Translations under genes and position numbers: made by a program
NCBI GenBank assembly: GCA_035630295.1
Contig: DASQKY010000030.1
Location: 1,426-65,425, forward strand
DNA: 64,000 bases
Reading direction: 5' to 3'
Origin: Acidimicrobiales bacterium
GTDB lineage: Bacteria > Actinomycetota > Acidimicrobiia > Acidimicrobiales > Iamiaceae
Notes under the pieces: generated by a model
The model's database searches: none
The model's input: only the letters and a program-made list of their open reading frames with translations
Told to the model about the DNA's origin: nothing
Part shown: piece by piece, positions 16,124 through 24,191 of the stretch
Numbering within the stretch: position 1 is the stretch's first letter
Layout of the letters: the number at the start of each line of letters is the position of its first letter

Positions 16124-17065
16124 ATGTCCACGCTGGCCCCCTCGACGTCAGGGACCCCTGACGCCCCTTCGCCCCCCCCTCCCGCGGACGAGGCGGACCT
16201 CCGCGCCCTCTGCGCCCGCCGCCGAGACGAGCTTCGCCGCCGCCTCGACACCCTGGCCGATCGCCTCGACGTCGGCCGGGCCTGGCGGACGGTCCCCCTC
16301 GGGGACTCGGCCCGCGACCCGCGCCGCACGCCGGGGGTCGACATCGGCACCTGGATCCTCCACGTTCGCTACCAGCGCACGCGCGACGAGGCCGTGCTGG
16401 CCGCCCTGGTGGAGGAGTACACGCCCTACGCCACCGCCATCGCCCGCCGCCTGCACCGCGGCGGGGAGCCGAACGAGGACATCCACCAGGTGGCCATGGA
16501 GGCTCTGGTGACGTCGCTTTCGCGCTTCGACGTGGCCCGCCGGCGGCCTTTCCCGGCCTACGCCACCCCGACCATCACCGGGGCGGTCAAGCGCCACTAC
16601 CGGGACCGGGGCTGGAGCATCCGCACCTCTCGGGTGGTGCACGACACCGCCGGCCCCCTCCGGGAGGCCGAGGACCGCCTGGGCCGCACCCTGGGCCGAC
16701 CCCCCACGCCGTCCGAGCTGGCCGCCGAGATGGGCATCGACGAGGCCACGGTGACCGAGACCCAGCTCGCCACCCGGGCCCGGGCCGTCACCTCGCTCGA
16801 CCGCCCGGCCGTGGAGGGGGGCCAGCCGCTGGCCGAGTCCATCGGGGCCGCCGACGACGACCTCCTGCGGGCCGAGAACCGGGTGGCGCTGGTCGACGCC
16901 CTCTCCGACCTGGACGAACGGGACCGGACCGTGCTCACCCTGTACTACTTCGAGGAGATGTCGCAGCGGCAGATCGCCGAGCGCTACGGCGTCAGCCAGA
17001 TGCAGGTGTCACGCTGGCTGTCGAGCATCCTCGCCCGGCTGCGACAGCGCCTGGTGGCGGCGTGA
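16124..17065 (+). CDS. SigB/SigF-family RNA polymerase sigma factor (copy 1)
   Basis: EDIHQVAMEALV..L.RFD, FPAYATPTITGAVKRHYRD.GWSIR, PTPSELAAEMG, SLD, LSDLDERDR..L.LYYFEEMSQRQIA...GVSQMQVSR. Confidence 0.92.
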   Translation: MSTLAPSTSGTPDAPSPPPPADEADLRALCARRRDELRRRLDTLADRLDVGRAWRTVPLGDSARDPRRTPGVDIGTWILHVRYQRTRDEAVLAALVEEYTPYATAIARRLHRGGEPNEDIHQVAMEALVTSLSRFDVARRRPFPAYATPTITGAVKRHYRDRGWSIRTSRVVHDTAGPLREAEDRLGRTLGRPPTPSELAAEMGIDEATVTETQLATRARAVTSLDRPAVEGGQPLAESIGAADDDLLRAENRVALVDALSDLDERDRTVLTLYYFEEMSQRQIAERYGVSQMQVSRWLSSILARLRQRLVAA

Positions 17066-17593
17066 GCGAGCGGGGGGCCGCCGGCCGGCCGAGCGGACCA
17101 GGACCACGGCGTCGACCCGCTCCGAGCGGGCGCCCCGGGCGGGGTGGGCGGTGAAGTCCTCGGCGCCCTCCACCTCCACCGGCGGGGGGGCCCCGGTGAG
17201 GTCGACCTCGTCGCCGGCCAGGAGCCGACGGGCGGCGGCGGCCAGAGCGGCGGCGGGCAGGTCCCGACCCCGGAGGGACGAGAGCGAGCGCCCCACGGCC
17301 TGGGCCGCCGGGGTGCCGTAGGCCTCCTCGGCCCCGTGGCTCCAAGCCTGGACCCGCAGGTCGGGGCCGACCACCAGGAGGACGGTGTCGCACCAGCCCA
17401 GCACCTGGTCGAGGAGGTCGTGCAGGGCGTCGACCTGGGCCACGCGCTGGCGGACCTCGTCGTTGAGCCGAGCCGCCTCCGCCGCGGCCTCGTCCAGCAC
17501 CCGCTCGGCCCGCTGCATCTCCTCGACGAGGGCCTGCAGTTCGGCGGCGGCGGGGTCGAGCTCGTCGGCCCCTTCGGTGGCATCCGGTCCCAT
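17009..17593 (-). CDS. Coiled-coil + PAS domain protein with no output domain
   Basis: ELQALVEEMQRAE...LNDEVRQR coil, then VLLVVGPDLRVQAWSHGAEEAYG..AAQAVGRSL (PAS; resembles the CheR-associated PAS region). Overlaps the sigma 3' end by 57 bp. Confidence 0.65.
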   Translation of the reverse strand: MGPDATEGADELDPAAAELQALVEEMQRAERVLDEAAAEAARLNDEVRQRVAQVDALHDLLDQVLGWCDTVLLVVGPDLRVQAWSHGAEEAYGTPAAQAVGRSLSSLRGRDLPAAALAAAARRLLAGDEVDLTGAPPPVEVEGAEDFTAHPARGARSERVDAVVLVRSAGRRPPARSRRHQALSQPGEDARQPA

Positions 17594-17603
17594 GGGCCGG
17601 CCC

Positions 17604-17628
17604 TCGCCCGGCGGGGCGCGCCGAAACC
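17604..17628 (-). promoter_or_regulatory. Putative SigB/SigF-type promoter (GGTTT-N14-GGGCGA)
   Basis: Ends 11 nt above ATG 17593. Confidence 0.5.
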
Positions 17629-17747
17629 GCGACCACCCGGCGGAGGGCTGCGGGGCGTGGGTCCTTGACCCGCCGACCCATCGTCCGTACCGTCCGCGGG
17701 GCGAGTTCAACCGGCAGCTCCCGCCCCCCGCCTCCCCCCCGAGCGCC

Positions 17748-18122
17748 ATGAGCCCCCCACCGCCCCGCCTCGTCGTGTCCGTCGACCGGGCCGTCGTGCC
17801 CGTGCTGCACCTCGACGGCATCCTCGACCAGCGCACCACCCCCCTCCTCCGGGCCGAGGCCGCCCGGGTCCTGGTCGACCAGCCCCAGGACGTCGTGCTG
17901 GAGTGCCGCGGCCTCCTCGACGTGGACGCGGCCGGGCTCCGGACCCTCCTCGACATCCGTCGCCACCTCCCCCACCCCGGGGAGCTGCTGGTGGTCGGGG
18001 CGTCGGACACGCTGCGCGAGCTGCTCCGGGTCACCGCCCTGGACCAGAGCGTCCACGTCATCGCCCCCGGCCACGCCGAGGCCGCTGGCGACACCGCGGG
18101 CGCCGATCCCACTCGGGTCTGA
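17748..18122 (+). CDS. STAS anti-sigma-factor antagonist
   Basis: VLHLDGILD..T.P.LR, VVLEC.GL..VDAAGL..L, LRELLRVTALD. Asp is present but Ala replaces the usual phosphoacceptor Ser (DAAG). Confidence 0.8.
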   Translation: MSPPPPRLVVSVDRAVVPVLHLDGILDQRTTPLLRAEAARVLVDQPQDVVLECRGLLDVDAAGLRTLLDIRRHLPHPGELLVVGASDTLRELLRVTALDQSVHVIAPGHAEAAGDTAGADPTRV

Positions 18123-18390
18123 CCCACCTCCGAGCGCGGTGCGTGGCTGTCGGGGGCCGTGGTAAGCGAACCTCGGGGAGGCGTCCGGTTCAAACCGAGA
18201 GCCGGGCGCCTCCCTCGGGGTGGCCCGGGGCAGGTCGCAGTGGTCCGGGTGTGACGTCTCCCGGAACTCGGGTGTGAGTCGCGACCGGACGGGGAACGGT
18301 TGGGGCCGCTGATGCCCTTCAAACCGCGAGCGGGCCAGCAGAGCGCGTCACCCCACGTCGACCCTGCCCTGTGCTTGCGAAGGAGTGCCC

Positions 18391-19257
18391 ATGACTCCCA
18401 CGTCCCACCTCGACCTCACCTCCGCCGCCGAGGACGCCGTCGTCGAGCGCACCATCCCCCGGGCTCTGTCCACCGAGTCCGCCAGTCCCCCTCCGGCGTG
18501 CGACGCCGACACGTGGCTGCTCCACGTCCGCTTCCAGCGCACCGGCTCCCCCGAGGCCCTGGAGGCGCTGGTGGAGGAGTACCGGGCCATGGCCCTCTCC
18601 CTGGCCCGCCGCATGCACCGCGGCGCCGAGCCCCTCGACGACCTCCAGCAGGTGGCGCTGGAGGCGCTGGTGCGCTGCCTGCGGGGCTTCGACTGCAACC
18701 AGAGCACCCCCTTCGTCGGCTACGCCACCCCCGCCATCCTGGGCGCCCTCAAGCGCCACTACCGCGACCACGGGTGGAGCCTGCGGGTCCCCCGCCGAGC
18801 CCACGAGCTGGCCGCCCCGGCCCGGGACGCCGACGAGCGCCTGACCGCCCAGCTGGGCCGGCGCCCGACCACGGCCGAGACGGCCGCCGCCCTGGGCGTG
18901 GACGCCCGGGAGCTGGAGGCGGCCGAGGCCGCTCGCCGAGCCCGGGGCCTGGTGCGCCTGGACGCCCCGGTCCACGTCGAGGACGGTGAGGGCCCCGGCC
19001 GGGACGTCCCGGTGCTGGAGGCCGGCTTCGACGAGGCCGAGAGCCACCTGGCCCTGTCCCGGGCGCTGCAGCACCTCGACGAGCGCGAGCGGACGGTGCT
19101 GGGCCTCTACTTCTTCGAGGACCTCACGCAGTCCGAGATCGCCCAGCGCTTCGGGGTCAGCCAGATGCAGGTGTCGCGCTGGATCCGGTCGTCCCTGGCC
19201 CGGCTGCGCAGCCGGATGGAGGCCGAGGACGGGACCCCCCTGGCCTGCGCCAGCTGA
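18391..19257 (+). CDS. SigB/SigF-family RNA polymerase sigma factor (copy 2)
   Basis: AAGGAG RBS. DDLQQVALEALV...RGFD, FVGYATPAILGALKRHYRD.GWSLR, YFFEDLTQSEIA..FGVSQMQVSR. Confidence 0.92.
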   Translation: MTPTSHLDLTSAAEDAVVERTIPRALSTESASPPPACDADTWLLHVRFQRTGSPEALEALVEEYRAMALSLARRMHRGAEPLDDLQQVALEALVRCLRGFDCNQSTPFVGYATPAILGALKRHYRDHGWSLRVPRRAHELAAPARDADERLTAQLGRRPTTAETAAALGVDARELEAAEAARRARGLVRLDAPVHVEDGEGPGRDVPVLEAGFDEAESHLALSRALQHLDERERTVLGLYFFEDLTQSEIAQRFGVSQMQVSRWIRSSLARLRSRMEAEDGTPLACAS

Positions 19258-19485
19258 GGCCCGCTCCGGTCGCCCCTCGCCGGCGACGTCGGCGGTGCGG
19301 ACGCCCTCCCCCGAGCACCCTCACCGCCGACGCCCGCCCGGGAGCACCGGGGTGCGTCCCGACCCGTCGAGCGGGTCGGCGACACCATGCAAGCAGGACG
19401 ACATTGCCAGGCGTGCGCGACGGGGCCCCGGCCGCACGCGGCCGGGGCCCTCGACTGGTCGGTTCCCGCCCCGGGGCGGGCCGCG

Positions 19486-21300
19486 TCAGCCGCCGACGGC
19501 CTCGGCGGTGGTGTTCACCGAGGTGCGGATCCGGGTCGCTTCCTTCTCGGTCCTGGCCACCAGGATCTTCTCGTCGGTGGTGGCCGCCCGGCCCAGCACG
19601 TCCAGGTAGGCCGCACCGGCCTGGTACCGCCCGGCCTCGGACGACCCCATCAACGAGCGGACCATGGTGTAGCGGGAGTACCCGCCGGCCAGCTGCGCGA
19701 CCCAGTAGCTGGAGGACGGCCCGTCGACGGGCCGGTTGAGGGTGACCTGGTAGGCCTTGGCCACGAAGGCCGTGTCGGTGTAGGCGTCGAAGGTGGAGGC
19801 GCTCATCATCTTGGCCACCAGGACGGTGTAGTCCCAGCCCGGCTTGGTCAGCTCCCCGGCCCAGAAGGCCAGGGCGCCGGCGTCCGGTGACCAGCCGAAG
19901 ACGGCCTGGTAGGCCCGGCGCACGGTCTGCTTCCGGCCGTCCAGGGAGGCCGTCAGGGAGGCCGAGAACGACCGGGTGCTGACCGTCCGGCCCTGCAACT
20001 TGGGCCGCCAGTGGTCCTTGGCTGCGGCGTCGGCCGAGAAGCCGAGCAGGGCGTCGTAGCTCCGGTCGATGTAGTTGTTGAGGTGGGTCGAGGCGTAGGT
20101 GCGCAGGTCGACGGCCAGCAGCCGGATCTCACCGGTGAAGATCACACCCAGGCGGTGGAAGTAGCTGACCATCAGGACCCCGTCCGAGGACAGCTCGGGG
20201 TGCTGGGTCCACGCGTAGTCGCCGAAGGAGCCGTCGTCGTAGTACGGCAGGCCGGTCACGAACTGCTGCGGCGCCGACCACGGTCCCCAGGGGTTGTCGG
20301 CGGTCCGGAAGCGGGACGTGTGGCCGATGCCGTCCAGGGCCAGGTACTTGCCCAGGGTGGCGTTCCACGCCACGTCGGCGCCCCCCAGGATCCCGGGGAA
20401 CACGGTGACGGTCTGGTTGGGGTCCGAGCTCCACCCCGAGCCGTCCCAGTACCGGTAGGCGCCCCGGGTGCCGGCGTCGCTCAGGAGCACCCGGGCCACG
20501 CCCACCGGGCTGCCCTGGGCCGGGTCGGGGAGCGAAGGCCGCCGGGGGCAGTAGTCCTTCTCGGCCTCGGGGGAGGTGAGGTCGGCGTAGGTGTAGAGGT
20601 AGCCGTCCTGGGCCGCGAACTGCGCCGACCACTGGCAGTCCTCCCCGCCGAAGAGCAGGGTGGCGCGCCGGTCGGCCCGCAGGTCGTTGTTGTCGAGGTC
20701 GGCGGCGCTGATGTCGGCGATGCCCACCCCCCGTGAGCCGCTCTCGAAGACGCCGTTCACCGTCTTGCCCCGCAGGAAGAAGATCATGGCGTCCTGGGTC
20801 CCGCCCGGGATCACGGCCGAGGGCCAGGTGATGTAGCGGGTCCCGGCCTGCCCGGCGTGCTGGGCGTTGAAGCTCTCCTCGGCCGCCGTGTACGGGACGA
20901 GCAGGTCGGCGGGCCCCCCGGTCGAGTCCAGCGGCTCGGTCAGCGGGTAGTAGCCGGGGCCGTTGACGGCCCCGGTGTTCGAGAGGCCGGACTTCCCGTC
21001 GGCGTTGGCGGGGTTCATGATCGTGTCGCCGAAGGTCCACAGGGATCGGCCGTCGACCAGGCCCGACTCCAGGCCGTCCCGGCTCAGCACGTTGCCGGGC
21101 TGGCCCAGCACGCCGAGGTCGTAGGCCGGGTAGGCGTCGTTGGCGGGGTTGCCCGACACCGTCGGGGGCAGCAGGCGGAGGCCGCCCGACACCGGCCCCC
21201 CCAGTGGCCCGGCGGGCACCGGCCCGCTGCCGGACGCCACCAGCACGAGGGTGACGATGAGGGTGATGGCCGATCCGCCGGCACGTCTGTGAACGCGCAC
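19486..21300 (-). CDS. Secreted DUF4185 (beta-propeller glycoside hydrolase-like) protein with C-terminal DUF4214 surface-anchor repeats
   Basis: GGAGGA RBS, GTG 21300, signal peptide. RDG.....DG..LWTFGDT, DGYLY.Y, YRYWDG.GWS, VAWN..LGKY, A..PWGPWS, HPEL; repeats of Y..(L/F)G..pD.....W. Confidence 0.7.
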   Translation of the reverse strand: MRVHRRAGGSAITLIVTLVLVASGSGPVPAGPLGGPVSGGLRLLPPTVSGNPANDAYPAYDLGVLGQPGNVLSRDGLESGLVDGRSLWTFGDTIMNPANADGKSGLSNTGAVNGPGYYPLTEPLDSTGGPADLLVPYTAAEESFNAQHAGQAGTRYITWPSAVIPGGTQDAMIFFLRGKTVNGVFESGSRGVGIADISAADLDNNDLRADRRATLLFGGEDCQWSAQFAAQDGYLYTYADLTSPEAEKDYCPRRPSLPDPAQGSPVGVARVLLSDAGTRGAYRYWDGSGWSSDPNQTVTVFPGILGGADVAWNATLGKYLALDGIGHTSRFRTADNPWGPWSAPQQFVTGLPYYDDGSFGDYAWTQHPELSSDGVLMVSYFHRLGVIFTGEIRLLAVDLRTYASTHLNNYIDRSYDALLGFSADAAAKDHWRPKLQGRTVSTRSFSASLTASLDGRKQTVRRAYQAVFGWSPDAGALAFWAGELTKPGWDYTVLVAKMMSASTFDAYTDTAFVAKAYQVTLNRPVDGPSSSYWVAQLAGGYSRYTMVRSLMGSSEAGRYQAGAAYLDVLGRAATTDEKILVARTEKEATRIRTSVNTTAEAVGG

Positions 21301-21415
21301 AGTTTCCTCCCTGAGGTCCCGCCACGAGCAGGGCACCCGCCGCGGGGCGGGGTCTACGTCAGCGAACATTGCTGAACTTGCGCGACGGCAAGGACCGAGG
21401 CCCGAGCGGCCGCCG

Positions 21416-21895
21416 TCAGGGCCGGAGCTCAGCGGCGGCCAAGGGCCCGGGGCGCACCAGGTCGAGGAACAGCAGCACGCCCAGGGCGGCCAGCGCCCCC
21501 TCCAGAGCCCGGCGGAAGTAGTGGGCCATCGACGCCGCCACGTCGTCCGGCAACGGCACCCCCAACACCGACCGCAGCGGCCCCTCGGCGCTGCACACCA
21601 GGGCCAGGGCCAACAGGCCGGCGTAGACGGCGGCCCGGGCCGCGGCCCCCCGGGGTGCCACCGCCCACCGGCCGTCGTCGCCCCGGTGGAGCCCGTGCAC
21701 CTGGTCGAGGACCAGCACCACCAGCAGCACGTTGACGAACGACTCCACCTGGAGGTCCCAGAACACCGCCAGGGACGAGCCCACGTCGTCACCGAGGACG
21801 GCCCGCCAGGCATCGTGGGTGCCGGCCCACCCCGAGAGCGGCATGCAGGCCAGGAGCACGGCCACGAACAGGCCCCGGCGGGCCCGAACGCTCAC
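21416..21895 (-). CDS. Hypothetical four-TM protein made of two copies of a roughly 75-aa module
   Basis: GTGA overlap with the upstream gene; two DD-x13-E-x11-LDxV modules. Confidence 0.65.
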   Translation of the reverse strand: MSVRARRGLFVAVLLACMPLSGWAGTHDAWRAVLGDDVGSSLAVFWDLQVESFVNVLLVVLVLDQVHGLHRGDDGRWAVAPRGAAARAAVYAGLLALALVCSAEGPLRSVLGVPLPDDVAASMAHYFRRALEGALAALGVLLFLDLVRPGPLAAAELRP

Positions 21896-22137
21896 CCTCG
21901 GGCCGCGGGGGCGTCGTCGGGGCGGGAGCGGTGCCGCAGCACGACGTCCAGGTAGAGGGCGATGGCGATGACGGAGATGGGCGCCTCGACGTTGGTGCGG
22001 ACGAAGGAGTAGAGGTCGGCCCCGGTGTCGTCGCCCAGCAGCGAGGTGAGGGCGTCCTCGAACCAGCTCTGGCACATGACCACCACGGCCAGGAGGGTGC
22101 CGCCGTAGAACAGCGTGCGGGCCAGCACGGGCCGCAT
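21892..22137 (-). CDS. Hypothetical two-TM protein (81 aa), single copy of the same module
   Basis: GAGGAGGAG RBS, ATG 22137; contains DD-x13-E-x11-LDVV. Confidence 0.7.
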   Translation of the reverse strand: MRPVLARTLFYGGTLLAVVVMCQSWFEDALTSLLGDDTGADLYSFVRTNVEAPISVIAIALYLDVVLRHRSRPDDAPAARG

Positions 22138-22189
22138 GGGCACTCCTCCTCGTCCGGTGGCGGACCGGTTCCGCACCCGGCCCGGGAGC

Positions 22190-23086
22190 CTAGGTGGCGG
22201 TGTGCCGACCGCCCGTCGCCGGCGGGGCACCCAGGTCGGCGTTGAGGTTCCCGGTCCGGAACCCCTCCAGGTCCAGCGTGACCCGGCGGTAGCCGGCGGC
22301 CCGCACCGCGTCGACCACCGGGCCCCGGGCCCCGACGACGGCCCCCAGGCGGTCGAGGGGCACCTCGACCCGGGCGGTGGCCCCGTGGTGGCGCACCCGC
22401 ACCTCGGCGAAGCCCAGAGCGCGGAGGGCGGCCTCGGCCCGCCCCACGCGATCCAGGGCCCCCACCGTGACCGGCGTGCCGTAGGGCAGGCGCGACGAGA
22501 GGCACGGCGCCGCCGGCCGGTCCCAGGTGCGCAGGCCCAGGGCCCGGGACGCGGCCCGGACCATGGCCTTGGTGAAGCCGGCCTCGACCAGGGGGAAGGC
22601 AGCCCCGGCCTCGGCCGCGGCCTGCTGGCCCGGGCGGTGGTCGGCCAGGTCGTCGACGTTGACCCCCAGCACCACCGTGGCCCGCCGCGCCACGGCCAGG
22701 GGGGCCAGTTCGTCCATCAGCGCCGTCTTGCACCACCGGCACCGGTCGCCGTCGTTGGCGACGTAGCGGGGGTCCTCCATCTCCGCGGTGGGCCGGGCCT
22801 CCCAGGCCAGACCCCACTCGGCGGCCAGCTCCCGGCAGTGGGCCAGCTCGTCGGGGGCCAGCGACGGCGACACCGCGGTGGCGGCCAGGGCCCGGGTCCC
22901 GAGGGTGGCGTGGGCCACCCAGGCCAGCAGGGCCGAGTCCACGCCCCCGCTGAAGGCCACGACCACCGCGCCCAGATCGCCCAGGCCCGACCGGAGGGCG
23001 GCCAACGGCACCCCCAGGTCGGCCGGGAGGGCGGCGCCGGCCGGATCGAGGGGGGCGTCCGTCGGGGGCACGGCGCCGGGAGGCAT
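22190..23086 (-). CDS. larE: LarE ATP-dependent sulfur transferase (NPN cofactor biosynthesis)
   Basis: PP-loop AFSGGVDS, NDGDRCRWCK, G.N.DDL.D.RPG, TWDRPAAPCLSSRLPYG, VRVRHHG..ARVE. Start is uncertain (23086 chosen). Confidence 0.9.
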   Translation of the reverse strand: MPPGAVPPTDAPLDPAGAALPADLGVPLAALRSGLGDLGAVVVAFSGGVDSALLAWVAHATLGTRALAATAVSPSLAPDELAHCRELAAEWGLAWEARPTAEMEDPRYVANDGDRCRWCKTALMDELAPLAVARRATVVLGVNVDDLADHRPGQQAAAEAGAAFPLVEAGFTKAMVRAASRALGLRTWDRPAAPCLSSRLPYGTPVTVGALDRVGRAEAALRALGFAEVRVRHHGATARVEVPLDRLGAVVGARGPVVDAVRAAGYRRVTLDLEGFRTGNLNADLGAPPATGGRHTAT

Positions 23087-23204
23087 GGGGCCAGTGTGGC
23101 CCAGACGGGGGGCGGGCGACCCCACGAAACGGTCCCCGGCCGCCCGCCCCGGCGCCGGTGGTGGCCGAGATCGTGGGACATCTGTCATTGCCGCCACGGC
23201 GGGG

Positions 23205-24176
23205 ATGGGTCACCATCACCCCGTGCCCGCTCCCCGCCCGGTGGTCGTCGTGGCCTACGACGCTCTCAACTCCCTGGACCTGTCGGGCCCCGTCGAGGTG
23301 TTCCACACCGCCGGCGGCTACGACCTCACCATCGCCGCCCCCCACCCCGGGCCGGTCACCTCCACCAGCGGGCTCCGGGTGGCGGTGGACACCACCCTGG
23401 CCGAGGTCTGCGGGCCCATCGACACCCTGCTGGTGGTGGGGGGCGAGGGCGCCCGGGCCGCGGTGGCCGACCCCGACGTGGTGGCCGCCGTCCGGCGCCT
23501 CTCGGGCCGGGCCCGGCGCACCGCCTCGGTGTGCTCGGGCGCCTTCGTCCTGGCCGCCGCCGGCCTCCTGGACGGGCGGCGGGCCACCACCCACTGGTCG
23601 GTGTGCGACCTGCTGGCCGCCACCTTCCCCGCCGTGGACGTGGCCGCCGACCCCATCTACGTCCGGGACGGCGACATCTGGACCTCGGCCGGCGTCACCG
23701 CCGGGATGGACCTGGCCCTGGCCCTGGTGGAGGACGACCGGGGCCGTGACGTGGCCCTGGCCGTGGCCCGCCAGCTCGTCCTGTTCCTGCACCGGCCCGG
23801 GAACCAGCGCCAGTTCTCGGCCCAGCTCGACGCGCAGCTGGCCGACCGCGACGCGCTCCGCGACCTGCAGGCCCACATCGTCGACCACCCCGAGGACGAC
23901 CTCACGGTGGCCGCCCTGGCCCGCCGGGCCGGCCTGAGCGAGCGCCACCTGGCCCGCTGCTTCACCGACGAGGTGGGGGTCACCCCGGCGCGCTACGTGG
24001 AGCGGGCCCGGGTCGAGGCCGCCCGCCGGCGGCTGGAGGACACCGACGACGCGGTCGCGGTGGTCGCCGCCACCTGCGGCTTCGGCACCGCCGAGACCCT
24101 GCGCCGCACCTTCCTCCGCGCCGTCCGCACCACCCCCACCGAGTACCGGCGGCGGTTCCGCACCGCCTCGGCCTGA
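23205..24176 (+). CDS. GlxA-family (DJ-1/PfpI + AraC HTH) transcriptional regulator
   Basis: LDLSGPVEVF, SVCSGAF.LA..GLLDGRRATTHW, TSAGVTAGMDLAL, RPGNQRQFS, LSERHL.R.F, CGFGTAETLRR.F. Confidence 0.92.
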   Translation: MGHHHPVPAPRPVVVVAYDALNSLDLSGPVEVFHTAGGYDLTIAAPHPGPVTSTSGLRVAVDTTLAEVCGPIDTLLVVGGEGARAAVADPDVVAAVRRLSGRARRTASVCSGAFVLAAAGLLDGRRATTHWSVCDLLAATFPAVDVAADPIYVRDGDIWTSAGVTAGMDLALALVEDDRGRDVALAVARQLVLFLHRPGNQRQFSAQLDAQLADRDALRDLQAHIVDHPEDDLTVAALARRAGLSERHLARCFTDEVGVTPARYVERARVEAARRRLEDTDDAVAVVAATCGFGTAETLRRTFLRAVRTTPTEYRRRFRTASA

Positions 24177-24191
24177 CCCAGGAGACATCCC

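Noticed and set aside
18240-18280. GTGTG-N16-GGGTGT upstream of sigma copy 2 as an autoregulatory promoter
   Set aside because: Both boxes deviate from the island consensus and it lies more than 100 nt from the start; not supportable without TSS data.
19288-19379. Inverted repeats between sigma copy 2 and the DUF4185 gene as a structured ncRNA or MITE
   Set aside because: Only a 10-bp IR (19288-97/19322-31) and an 8-bp hairpin (19359-79) in a convergent intergenic gap. These are adequately explained as terminators or chance in high-GC DNA, and no second copy was seen.
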